Assembly: GCF_006345805.1 (NCBI RefSeq)
Contig: NC_043001.1
Coordinates: 15,562,001 to 15,626,000 of the forward strand
DNA from: Octopus sinensis
Taxonomy: Eukaryota
DNA length: 64,000 nt
Reading direction: 5' to 3'
The position numbers and the translations under genes are program-made. The notes beneath the pieces are model-generated. The model was not told where the DNA came from, searched no databases, and saw nothing but the letters and a program-made list of their open reading frames with translations. Positions 12,245 to 24,162 of the stretch are shown in pieces (the stretch's first letter is position 1; each line of letters begins with the position of its first letter).

Positions 12245-14256
12245 TCATCATCATCATTTAATGTTTTTCCATGCTGGCATGGGTTGGATGGTTTGACTGA
12301 GGACTGGCAAGCCAGGAGGCTGCACTGGTATCCAATCTGATTTGGCAAGGTTTCTACAGCTGGATGCCCTTCCTAACTCCAACCACCCCAAGAGTGTAGT
12401 GGGTGCTTTTTACATGCCACTGGCACAGGAGCCAGTCAGGGGATCTTGGCATCAGACACATTCTGATGATGCTTTTTATGTGCCACCGGCACAGGAGCCA
12501 GTCAGGTGGCCCTGGCATCAGCCATGTTCGGATGGTACTTTTTACATGCCACCAGCACAGGAGCCAGTCAGGGGACCTTGGCATTGGCCATGTTCAGATA
12601 GTGCTTTTTACATTCCACTGGCATGGGGAACCAGTTTGGTGGCCCTGGCATTGATCAAATTTGGATGGAACTTTTTACATGCCACAGGAGTCAGTCGTTG
12701 GGCACTAGCATTGGCCAAATTTGGATGGTGCTTTTTATGTGCCACCAGCACAAGGGCCAGTCAGGTGGCTTTGCCATTGGCCACGTTCGGATAAGGCTTT
12801 TTACATGCCACTTGCATGGGAGCCAGTTTGGCAGCCCTGGCATTGATCACGTTTGGATGGTACTTTTTATGTGCCACCAGAACAGGAGCCAGTCGTCGGG
12901 CACTAGCATCGGCCATGTTCGGGTGGTGCTTTTTATGTGCCACTTGCATGGGAGCCAGTTTGGCAGCCCTGGCATTGATCACGTTTGGATGGTACTTTTT
13001 ATGTGCCACCAGAACAGGAGCCAGTCGTCGGGCACTAGCATCGGCCATGTTCGGGTGGTGCTTTTTATGTGCCACTTGCATGGGAGCCAGTTTGGCAGCC
13101 CTGGCATTGATCACGTTTGGATGGTACTTTTTATGTGCCACCAGAACAGGAGCCAGTCGTCGGGCACTAGCATCGGCCATGTTCGGGTGGTGCTTTTTAT
13201 GTGCCACTTGCATGGGAGCCAGTTGGCAGCCCTGGCATTGATCACGTTTGGATGGTACTTTTTATGTGCCACCAGAACAGGAGCCAGTCGTCGGGCACTA
13301 GCATCGGCCATGTTCGGGTGGTGCTTTTTATGTGCCACTTGCATGGGAGCCAGTTGGCAGCCCTGGCATTGATCACGTTTGGATGGTACTTTTTATGTGC
13401 CACCAGAACAGGAGCCAGTCGTCGGGCACTAGCATCGGCATGTTCGGGTGGTGCTTTTTATGTGCCACTTGCATGGGAGCCAGTTTGGCAGCCCTGGCAT
13501 TGATCACGTTTGGATGGTACTTTTTATGTGCCACCAGAACAGGAGCCAGTCGTCGGGCACTAGCATCGGCCATGTTCGGGTGGTGCTTTTTATGTGCCAC
13601 TTGCATGGGAGCCAGTTTGGCAGCCCTGGCATTGATCACGTTGGATGGTACTTTTTATGTGCCACCAGAACAGGAGCCAGTCGTCGGGCACTAGCATCGG
13701 CCATGTTCGGGTGGTGCTTTTTATGTGCCACTTGCATGGGAGCCAGTTGGCAGCCCTGGCATTGATCACGTTTGGATGGTACTTTTTATGTGCCACCAGA
13801 ACAGGAGCCAGTCGTCGGGCACTAGCATCGGCCATGTTCGGGTGGTGCTTTTTATGTGCCACTTGCATGGGAGCCAGTTGGCAGCCCTGGCATTGATCAC
13901 GTTTGGATGGTACTTTTTATGTGCCACCAGAACAGGAGCCAGTCGTCGGGCACTAGCATCGGCCATGTTCGGGTGGTGCTTTTTATGTGCCACTTGCATG
14001 GGAGCCAGTTTGGCAGCCCTGGCATTGATCACGTTGGATGGTACTTTTTATGTGCCACCAGAACAGGAGCCAGTCGTCGGGCACTAGCATCGGCCATGTT
14101 CGGGTGGTGCTTTTTATGTGCCACTTGCATGGGAGCCAGTTTGGCAGCCCTGGCATTGATCACGTTTGGATGGTACTTTTTATGTTCCACCAGAACAGGA
14201 GCCAGTCGTCGGGCACTAGCATCGGCCATGTTCGGGTGGTGCTTTTTACGTGCCAC
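12245..14256 (-). repeat. SINE-like element (family D) whose internal 66-bp minisatellite expanded into about 6 diverged monomers plus 11 copies of a 132-bp dimer
   Basis: (CAT)n tail and ...GCTGGATGCCCTTCCTAAC... core at 12245-12400. CACTAGCATC recurs at 12901, 13033, 13165, 13296, 13427, 13558, 13689, 13820, 13951, 14082 and 14214. Confidence 0.95.
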
Positions 14257-15905
14257 ATACACCAAAATATTCAATATGCATAAAGCAAATAATGCCAAAC
14301 ACTTCAGAAAATGGAGATGACGAAGAATGAAAGAAAACAAATGAGATAAAAAAACAAAACAAAATAAAAACAAAATATAGAAATTATTTTAATTAAAAAA
14401 AGTTCAGAGAGAGAGGGATGCCCTACTATACAATATGTATAATTTTATCTCAGGTGAGACAGTTAACGAATGGTGTACAGGTGTGCATAAGGTATAAACC
14501 AAAATTGATACATATGCACTCACACACATACACAACACACACACACATGCGTACGTATATACATACGTAAGTACACACATATACACATCTTAAACAATCT
14601 GGCTAATTATATCGCCAATAAAGTTTAAGAGATAACCAGTCGTTAAAACATATAATTACAAAGGTGTATGTGTGTGCGTGTATACATGAATGTGTTCCCA
14701 TATACAGATGTATGTATATTTACACATATATACACACACACATACACAGGGCATGAAACATACACACACAAGTTTCATTATATTGCTCTCTTTTTTGTTT
14801 TTTACAAAAAATTTTTTTTTTTAACTTTAGTAAACAAAAAATACAAAAATTTAGAAAAATAAAAAAAAAACAAATCAACAAAATGTCACCATCCAATCGT
14901 CAATTCATTTTTAAAAAAAAAAATCTTTTGCACATTTTTAGTTTGTCCCAATCACTTGGACCAACTCTCAGAGTTTGAGGGAAGGGGTAAAAAAAAAAAA
15001 CGAAAAAAAAAAGACAAAGTGATGTGGGCAATTTTTAAGTTAGTTTCTAGACTCCTTATCACCATGGCAACAAGACATCAGGCACAAAGGCATTGGTTAA
15101 GATACGTCAAAGTGACAACCAAGGCTTCTTTTTCAAAGAATGGCAGTAATGAGAAAAGGAGGGAAATATCTGTAAGCTGGCCGATTAACAAATGGGACAG
15201 GCCATGCTACAGCAACCGTAGATGCTTTATATGCCAATGCACAAATATACCAATATGTAATAAGTGTGTGTATATGTATAGATACATGTGTGCAAATATG
15301 TGTGTATATATTGTGGACATTGCAATCACCTGATTGAAGAATGAGAGCACACATGTGTATATATATATATGTGTGTGTATGTGTAATATTTAATCCGTAA
15401 ACGTTAGCCTAACAAAACACATTTTGTCAGGCTAATGCTCGGTATTGGATATCTTATTGACTCCCAACTTATCTTTGAGACCTTTTTTCTAAGCAACCAG
15501 ATATGGCTTTTTTTTTAACATGTCACCCCTGCAGTACACACACACACACATTTCTTAACATACATACACACACACACACGTACATATTCTATTGTACCGT
15601 TTTGGCATATATGCATTTCTCCTCAACCTCCATTAAGCCTTCATGTAAACCAACAGAACATGGTCAATTTTTTATCTTTGTTCCATATGCTCAAAAGATT
15701 TAAAGAAATAAAGGAAATTTTTTTTTTTTAAATGAAATAAAAAAACTGAGCATCAATCCTTCCAATCAAAATTCTTTCCTCACAGAATCCTTCCAAAGAA
15801 TTTTCCAAAAATGTAGTCTTTTCTCTCTTTTTTTTTTTACTTATAATTTTTTTTTTTTGTTAAATTCTTCACAATCGCAACATTTGTAATCCTAACCGAT
15901 GCTTT

Positions 15906-16249
15906 TTACTCGTCATCTTTGTCCTTCTGTGGTTTGATATCGCAAGCTTCAAAAAGCTCCTCCGGGGAATAACCAAGCAATCCTTGAAGGTCACAGACAA
16001 AACGGTAAACATAGCGCTTGCCTGCCGTCTTGTGGATAATGTTCTTATCGTAATAATACCGCAGACCACGGCTAAGTTTTTCATAGTTCATTTTGGGTTT
16101 ATTTTTGCGGACACCCCATCTTCGTGCTACCTCATCCGGGTCAGACAATTTGAATTCCCAGCCATCACCAGTCCAACTAATAAAATGCTGGCAAGATTTA
16201 TCTGTGAGCAATTCAAGAAGGAACTGCCAAAGCTGGATTGGGCCACTCC
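15906..16249 (-). CDS. ets1: ETS1/Pointed-like transcription factor, terminal coding exon (entire ETS DNA-binding domain to stop codon)
   Basis: Translates to [99 protein letters not shown]...DDE*, near-identical to the ETS1/ETS2/Pnt ETS domain. Acceptor ctcttttgcAG at 16251-16250 (phase 1); TAA at 15908-15906. Confidence 0.98.
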
Positions 16250-17346
16250 CTGCAAAAGAGAAGATATAATAGCAATGTAGTTCTATATTTAAGAGACGAG
16301 GAATTATGTACATTATTTACATTTGATGGATATTAGGTGAAACATGCTGCCTCACTCAAAATAAGGGTAGACGAACATTGCAAAGCTGTGACATGAGGAG
16401 ATATTGATAAATCGGGTATAGCTGATCGTGAATGGGAAAATGGAGACCACCTCCTCCCTGTGGGATCAATTTAAAATAATAGACAGAGAACACCACTGGA
16501 AAATATGAAAACTAAAAGAAGCAGCACATATGCTAGGACACAACAACCTCATAAGCAGACCGAGTGCAGATATGAGTAGCATATGAGAACCGGTATTAAG
16601 AAAGGATAAATAAATATTAGATTTATAAGCCATAAATTCACTCCATAATTGCCCACAGGTATATGGTGTAGTGGTTAAGAGCACAGGCTACTAACCCCAA
16701 GATTACAAGTTCAATTCGCCATTACCCTCTGCCGGAACCGCGTGGAGCTTAGGTGTTTTTGCTCATAAACACACACATCACCTGGTCTGAGATTTGAACC
16801 CACAATCCCTCGACCGCGAGTCCGCTGCTCTAACCACTAGGCCATGTGCCTCCACAGATTTTCAAATTAGTATGCAAAAATTTAATCAGTGCAACAAGGA
16901 TTAAAGTTTCATAATTATAGGTAAGGCAATTAGCTAGCAGAGTTATCAGCATGTTAGGCAAAATGCTTAACAGAATGTTGTCCATCTTCACATCCAGGGT
17001 TCAAATTACACTGAGGATGACTTCACCTTTCACCTTTTCAGGGTTGATAAAATGAGTACCAGTTAGATACTGAGGGTTAATGTAACCAACTTATACCTTT
17101 TCCCGAAAATGCTGGCCTTACAACATGTAAACTAACAGAATCGTTAGCACACCAGGTGAAGTGTTTAGCAGCTTTTCCCCACTCATTACATTTTGAGTTC
17201 AAATTACGCTGTGATTGACTTTACCTTCAGAGTCAATAAAATAAATACCAGCTAAGTACCCCTCCCCCAAAACTGCTGGCCTTGTGCCAAATTTCGAAAC
17301 CTTGCATCTTACACACGAGAGGAGAAAACATAAGCAAGCTACACAC

Positions 17347-17616
17347 CTGAGTAGCCAGCTAAAGCGGCTGCCTGGATAACTGGTTTTCCATCGGAACCCG
17401 TGTTGGTGTTATCACTCGGAGATGTCTGTAGACTTCGGAAACTCGCAGAATGTAGATTAGTACGCATCTCATTATTCATTGACCAACTTTCTTGGGCGCT
17501 AATGTCTTGACCGTATTCCTGAGTGGACCAGGCACATTCTGACTTGATACTTGGTACCGTCTGGTATGGTTGGTGGTCGTAATAGTTGTCACCTGTTACC
17601 TCGTGGATATACTGAG
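17347..17616 (-). CDS. ets1: ETS1/Pointed-like gene, internal coding exon (270 nt) ending in the pre-ETS helix motif
   Basis: (A)QYIHEVTGDNYYDHQPYQTVPSIKSE...SDGKPVIQAAALAGYS(G). KPVIxAAALAGY matches ETS1 KPVIPAAALAGYTG. Acceptor ttttttaattacAG, donor G|GTGTGT; phase 1-1, joins in frame to GSGPIQ. Confidence 0.93.
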
Positions 17617-19754
17617 CTGTAATTAAAAAAAAAAAAAACAAGACATACATTACTGGTGTGATGTCATACCTGACAATATATCATCATCATTTAACATACA
17701 TTTTTCTATAATGGCATGGATGGATTGGTTTGACAAGAGCTGGTAAATCAGAGCTACACCAGGCTTCAATCATCTCTTTTGGATTGGTTTCTGTGGCTGG
17801 ATGCCCTTCCTGATGCCAACCACTCCAGAGTGTACTGGCTGCTTTTTATGTAGCACCAACATTGTAAAAAGCATAGAGATGGTTGAATGGTTAGGAAGAT
17901 TGCATCTCAATCACAGAGTTTTGGGTTCAATCCTACGGCATGGGCCACTGAGCATGTGCCTTCTGCTGTAGCCTGTTATCAACAGTAAAGTGCTGCTATC
18001 TTTACTAATGTACAAACAAACACTACAGGTTTCTTTCTGTTTCCATCAACACTCAAGGCTTTGGCTGGCCCTGGGCTACAGTAGACATTTTTCCAAGGTG
18101 CTGTGCAGTGACATAGAACCCAAAACCAAATGATTTAGAAGCAAGCTTCTTAACCACACAGCCACATGTGCCCACAACATTTTATATTCTGCTTTCAAAT
18201 TCCATCAAGGTTCAAGGTTCACAGAATTTGGACTCAGAAAATCTAATCTAACAAGTTGTTGTACTTCTGATGTTAAGTTCTGGGGAGGGACAAACAGTTT
18301 TAATTCTTGTAGCAAATCTGGGTTTTGGGTGTAGTCCCATAGTGTGGAACCCTGGATAAACGTCTTTTATTTTGGCCCCAGACCAACCATAGCCCTGTGG
18401 GTGGATTTGGTAGATAGAAACTGAAAGCAGCCGAGCTGGGAGAAGCGCTAGCACACTGGGCGAGATGCTTAGCAGTATTTCGTCTGCCGCTATGTTCTGA
18501 GTTGAAATTCTGCCGAGGTTGACTTTACCTTTCATCCTTTCGGGGTCGATTAAATAAGTACCATTGCAATCACACAGACATTCTTACAAAATAATCTTTT
18601 TTTTTATTTTCATAACTTTAAAGAATTAACGAGACTAATTAATCATGTACACACACACACACACATCTTTACACAAACCACACATATGCTTACACCCAGC
18701 AATATATGTTCATATGGGTGTTAATTATGTTACTAATTATAAAAGAAACGAGCATACATACATGCATATATATATGTATATATACCACCCACACACATAT
18801 TTACAATCACACACCCATGTTGTAGACGAAAATAAACGAGAAATGTAAACGAGAATAGAAAATATGTTTCAAATTACATTACTTTGTTTTACATATTTTT
18901 TGCACTCAAACCATTCCTATCCTTAGGTACGACTGGGAGTTATGTAACCTTATACATGTCGGCTCATGAGGCCCTAGTCCCTCTAAGTTCATGTGTATAT
19001 TATTTTACTCGTTTCAGTCATTAGACTGCAGCCATGCTGGGGCAATACCTCGAAGAGTTTTTGGTTGAACGAATCAACCCCCAGTACTACGCTCTTCTAG
19101 AGAAAGGGACAGAAAACAACAAGGAGAGAAAAAAAATGTGTGTAGTGGCAACCAATCTATCATGGCGACTCTTTATATATATATATAAAGCATATATATA
19201 TGCTTTGGATTAATCATGCATTATCTTGTAGCTTTGAGATTTTGATGAGGTAACTAAATTTTTAGAATGATATTGTAGGGTTGGTGAGAGAAGCCAGATC
19301 TGGCCAGATTGAGCATAAAACAGGCAGAATATTTTGGCTGGATATGGATGGTTTAAATACTGAAGAGTTAAGGTACACAAGATTTTAAAAACTAAAAATG
19401 AAAATTACAGATTAAAATGGAAAAAATGACAAGAGATAAATCTTATATGGGCCCTTCTGATGCTTACAGGATTAATCCAAATAAAAGAAGCCTTGACTAT
19501 GATTTTGACGGATTAGGGGCTGACCTGGAGGCACAGATATCGTCATCATATTACCATTTTCATGTTGGCATAGGTTGGACTGTTTTGACAGGTGCTGCCT
19601 AGGCAGAAGACTGCACCAAGCTTCACCGTCAGTTTTGGCAGAATTTCTATGGCTGGATGCCCTTCCTAACACCAACCACCTTACAGAAATCAACATCAGA
19701 ATTGTGATCAATAATACTGATTCTGGGATCCAAAAATGAAAAAATGGGACGTAC

Positions 19755-19967
19755 CTCGTGAGATATTTTTCGTTGGAATTGGTCGGTACTTGTTTTCCTG
19801 AAGAATTGGGTAGAACTCAGGATGGTCGTAGAAGTTGGCGTGTTGCTGCTGCATGTTCTCCAGGTTGTGGTAATCAGAATTATCTTCATACAAATGGTTC
19901 ACTGGAATCACAGCCTCACCATTCATTTCTGCCATTGTCTGAATAGAATCGGACATCTGGTAGGTTC
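19755..19967 (-). CDS. ets1: ETS1/Pointed-like gene, internal coding exon (213 nt), acidic/Tyr/Gln-rich region
   Basis: (G)TYQMSDSIQTMAEMNGEAVIPVNHLYEDNSDYHNLENMQQQHANFYDHPEFYPILQENKYRPIPTKNISR. Acceptor ttctctgttggttgtgtAG, donor G|GTACGT; phase 1-1, in frame with both neighbours. Confidence 0.88.
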
Positions 19968-20524
19968 CTACACAACCAACAGAGAACATTAAAATGTTAG
20001 ACTTTTACATTGAATATAAGAAATGTAAAAGTGAAATTTCTACCAAAGACTTTCTGTAGAAATATCTAAAAAAAAAACAACATTCATTTCCTAAAATGCT
20101 ATTGATACCAACATTCCTGAGGCTACCATTGATTGATTCCAAAATATAAAATATCTCATTTTAAAGAGTTTGTATGTAAATTAAAACATATCATCATCAT
20201 CATTTAGCATCCATTTTTTATTCTGACAAGGCCAGGAACCACATCAGGTTCCATTGTCAGTTTTGGCATGGGTTCTACAGCTGGATGTCCTTCCTAACTT
20301 TACAAAGTGTACCAGGTGCTTTTATGTGGCACCAGCATCAGCAGGGTCGCTAAGTACCTTGCAAGACAAAAATATAATCTTATGCAGTAAGTTTATATAA
20401 CAACTTAAGTAGCTGTTTTATCAAATTCCACCAAATTTCTGTTGAAATACACTGCTTTTGTATTGAGGAGCTCAGCATAAAAAGAAAACAAAGCAAAAAC
20501 AAAAAAATCATTTTTAATGTTGTG

Positions 20525-20612
20525 TTTCAACCTTATTGGGTTCTCATCAGAGGGGTCTACATCATTCTGACAGTCTCCAGAGAAACAAGCAGTCAAACTG
20601 TTTATATACTCA
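20525..20612 (-). repeat. Degenerate second copy of the 22.1 kb hammerhead-containing segment
   Basis: About 75 nt shared with 22107-22180. Core CUGAUGA-GAACC-caauaa-GGUU-GAAA lacks the closing C and the palindromic stem III. Confidence 0.7.
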
Positions 20613-20694
20613 AGTGTTGAGCTGATAGAATCATTAATAATGCATTGGACAAAATACTTAGCAGTGTCTCTTACAGTTCTTTACTGTGAGAGAC

Positions 20695-21085
20695 TCTTTA
20701 CTCTTTTACTTGTTTCAGTCATTTGACTGCGGCCATGCTGGAGCAATGCCCTTAGTCGAGCAAATCGACCCCGGCACTTATTCTTTGTAAGCCCAGTATT
20801 TATTCTATCGGTCTCTTTTGCCGAACCGCTAAGTGACGGGGACGTAAACACACCAGCATCGGTTGTCAAGCTATGGTAGGGGGACAAACACAGACACACA
20901 AACATGCATACATACATATATACGACAGGCTTCTTTCAGTTTCTGTCTACCAAATCCACTCACAAGGCATTGGTTGCCCAGGGCTATAGCAGAAGACACT
21001 TGCCCAAGATGCCACGCAGTGGGACTGAACCCGGAACCATGTGGTTGGTTAGCAAGCTACTTACCACACAGCCACTCCTGTGCCT
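20695..21085 (-). mobile_element. Family B SINE, full length
   Basis: Reverse complement of the 7703 element. Similar minus copies at about 32640-32995, 34395-34765, 35560-35900, 35925-36305 and 60290-60635. Confidence 0.85.
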
Positions 21086-21794
21086 GTGACAGTATTGTTT
21101 CGTTTTTGTCTTTTCTCTCTTATATCCTTCAGGTCATTACTTTCTACAGACATAGCAGCAAAAATAGTTCTCTAGATTATAAGTTTAATCCACTATAGAC
21201 TAAATTATGTTCATTCAATATCCTTTTGTGCTAAATGATTCTAAATTTATTCGTTGAGCAAATAAAGGATGGAAAGTGAAATTAGACACAACAGAGAAAA
21301 ATTACACAAATTAGGAATCAAATGTGTAAATACTAATAATAAGTGACTAACAGACAGAAACAAAACCAAGGTCACCATGACCTGAACAGAGAGACAATAT
21401 TGTTGCTTAGACCGAGGTCAGCTCTGATCAAGTAGACCAATGAGATTCTGGCCCAAATGATCTCATCTTTATAATCAGGCTACTGTAGTTAGGATTACAT
21501 CATCTAATCTGTCCTTCTTTCATGGAATGACTCCCCTCCCCCTTATTGGTTTATGTTGAAACTTTGTTACAGCCATTGTATTGGAATCTTATGTTCTCAC
21601 AGGACAAAGCATACATTAACACACACATTACATTATTCCATAGACAACTTACATCCACAGAGGTCTGTGATATTATTACGGTATTGTGATTGATCATGGC
21701 CAACTAGTGTAGTGGCCTACAAAATTCTCTGTCCCCTCCATCTATCTATGTAACATTATATATATATATATATATATATTTAATCTAAGGTGTA

Positions 21795-21864
21795 CCTGCT
21801 GAAGAAGGCTTCGCCTAGCAAATTATTTTATTTGCTAAAAAAAGTCTGAAACCATTGGTCCAAG
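21795..21864 (+). ncRNA. Type I hammerhead ribozyme-like motif with extended stem II
   Basis: ccug-CUGAAGA-AGGCU-ucgcc-UAGCAAAU-uauuuu-AUUUGCUA-aaaaa-AGUCU-GAAA-CC-auu-GG-UC-caag. Core, two-part stem II, short stem III, GUC triplet; stem I 3 of 4 bp. Confidence 0.55.
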
Positions 21865-22076
21865 AGTTAATGGTAAATGTTTTTATTTTTCATTCCATTT
21901 GAAATGTTATCCCTAATAGTGACTTGGAACTTGGCTGTTCCCTCTAGCGTGTAGGTAGTCCTATGATGGATACCTCTTTTGTGTTTAAATGTACACTGTA
22001 TTTATATGTAACATATGGTATAATTATAAACAGGGCAAATTTTAGCTATTTCTCCGCAGGGTGGAAATATGATGAA

Positions 22077-22124
22077 CAACTTTAATCGATTTTCGAACTT
22101 TACTGAGTTCTCATCAGAGGCATC
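22077..22124 (-). ncRNA. Minimal type I hammerhead ribozyme-like motif
   Basis: Minus strand: gcct-CUGAUGA-GAACU-caguaa-AGUUC-GAAA-AUCGAU-UA-aagu. Intact core, perfect 5-bp stem II with G-C closure, palindromic stem III, UUA triplet; stem I weak. Confidence 0.6.
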
Positions 22125-22769
22125 TACATCATTCTGACAGTCTCCAGGGAAACAAGCAGCCAAACTGTTTATACACTCAATCAGAGTATATATTTAATCG
22201 GGGTTGATTAAATAAGTACCAGTTACACACTGGGGTCGATATAATCGACTTAATCCATTTGTCTGTCCTTGTTTGTCCCCTCTATGTTTAGCCCCTTGTG
22301 GGTAATAAAGAAACAGGTAAGTTTAATTAGTCATTCAAGCACACGTTAACCATTTTGTTACCACATTTCCACACCTGTGTCATTCCCTATCTCTCTCTTT
22401 CGGAGAGGCACTGAGCAGCTATACGCACACATACACACACGGCAGTAACTTCCACCTACCGAATTCAATCACAAAGCTCCGGTCGGCTCGGGGCTATAGC
22501 GGAAGACACCTACCCAGAGTGCCACGCAGTGGGACTGAACCCGAAACCATGTAGCTAGGAAGCAAGCTCCCTAACCACACAGCCATGCCCGCACCTACAT
22601 TCAATATTGAAAATAAAGAATTTAGTAGAATAACTGCTACCTGGCCCAAATATTCCACCTGTGTTTTATAATCAAACTGTCCAGATCCAGCCTCTCACAC
22701 CTATCCTACAATGTCATTCTAAAAGTAAACAATCACATCACTGAAATCTCACGGTTACAAGATATTCCA

Positions 22770-23135
22770 TTTGGCAGAGATCTGAGCGTGGCCGTTCGCC
22801 AGCCTCGTCTGGCACCTGTGTCGGTGACACATAAGAAAACACCATCCGAGCGTGGCCGTCTGCCAGCCTCATCTGGCACCTGTGTCGGTGGCACATAAAA
22901 AACACCATCCGAGCGTGGCCGTCTGCCAGCCTCGTCTGGCACCTGTGTCGGTGGTATATAAAATCACCCACTACACTCTCGGAGTGGTTGGCGTTAGGAA
23001 GGGCATCCAGCTGTAGAAACACTGCCAGATCTGACTGGCCTGGTGCAGCCTTCGAGCTTCCCAGACCCCAGTTGAACCGTCCAACCCATGCTAGCATGGA
23101 AAGCGGACGTTAAATGATGATGATGATGATGATGA
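22770..23135 (+). mobile_element. Family D SINE-like element with three 63-64-bp internal repeats
   Basis: GAGCGTGGCC at 22784, 22848 and 22911; GGTTGGCGTTAGGAAGGGCATCCAGCTGTAGAAAC core; GGACGTTAAATGATGATG RTE-like tail. Confidence 0.8.
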
Positions 23136-23248
23136 ATCTGAGAACTGAAGGGTTAAGCAGGAAGTTTGTATCACAGAACTAGGGACGGTTGCAGGTAGGG
23201 TGGTATCAAAAGGGTCAAGAAGTAGGGATATGAAACAAAATTGCTGAC

Positions 23249-23332
23249 CTTCTGGTATATAGGGTTGGCCGTTGCCATTGTTGTTATTAGCCATATGTAA
23301 TTGATGAGGCATGGAGAGGTCACTGTGATAGT
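23249..23332 (-). CDS. ets1: ETS1/Pointed-like gene, small internal coding exon (84 nt)
   Basis: Very strong polypyrimidine acceptor ttttttttttcttcttttttgctttctttcAG, then (D)YHSDLSMPHQLHMANNNNGNGQPYIPE(G), donor AAG|GTCAGC. Phase 1-1, in frame between the PNT exon and the 19.9 kb exon. No homology support from memory. Confidence 0.75.
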
Positions 23333-24162
23333 CTGAAAGAAAGCAAAAAAGAAGAAAAAAAAAACCTTTTAAGGAATTGGGCTTAAAACTGTTATTGTGT
23401 GTGTGAAAGAAGGAAAGAAAGAAATTTGGTAACTGTGAATGTGACTGCTCCGATGGGGGTAAGTTCTAAGATGTTTTTTTCCTCTGCACAAACTGCGGAA
23501 GTAAACAACGGAGAAACAAAGGGGGGAGGGGGAAGAAGAATAAAAAAAATAACGACAACAACTAAAACAATGAGAACAACAACAACAACAACGTCAAGAA
23601 CAATATTCATTGTGAAATGTGTTGTTAGTAAAGGGAGTAAGAGAAAGTGGGGTGGGGACGGAGACGGAGTGGGGATTAGCGGGGTGGGGGTGGGGGTGCA
23701 TTGAGGAACCGGACACAAAGTCAATTTACTGAGCAACATTGGAAAACAAGACACTAAATGAAATGAAACATCTGGAAACCAATGGGGAGGGGGGGAATTT
23801 TAAGAACTAAAACAATGGTTGCAACTAATGGCATCCAAGACCTAAAGGGATTTTCTCTTTTGGAAACTAGTTTCAGAGGAATAATCTATATTTATTTAAT
23901 AGGAGAGTTTCTAGAAGAAATCAGCAAGACCAACTGCCACGAGGAATGAAGAATATAACATTTCCAATTTTTTGTCTTTCATCAGAGAAAGAAAGGAAAT
24001 GATTTTGTCATTTGGTTGGCAACAGGAAGGGAATTTGGTTATAGGAAATTTGCTTCCACAAATTCTGTCTGACTCATGCAATTATGGAAAAGTAGACATT
24101 AAAAGAACTGATGTTACAGTAAGCTGGCCATGCTACAGCAGCTAAGTGACAAAACCATTTTC

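Noticed and set aside
12342-14373. Many overlapping ORFs of 80-249 aa with 44-aa periodicity
   Set aside because: They are products of the 132-bp (44-codon) tandem repeat, open in several frames on both strands, broken by 1-bp indels and with no domain resemblance.
14290-15905. Precise 3' UTR end and miRNA sites
   Set aside because: The U-rich character fits a 3' UTR and an ATTAAA lies near 14390 on minus, but nothing is specific enough to call; only chance-level 6-mer seed matches were seen.
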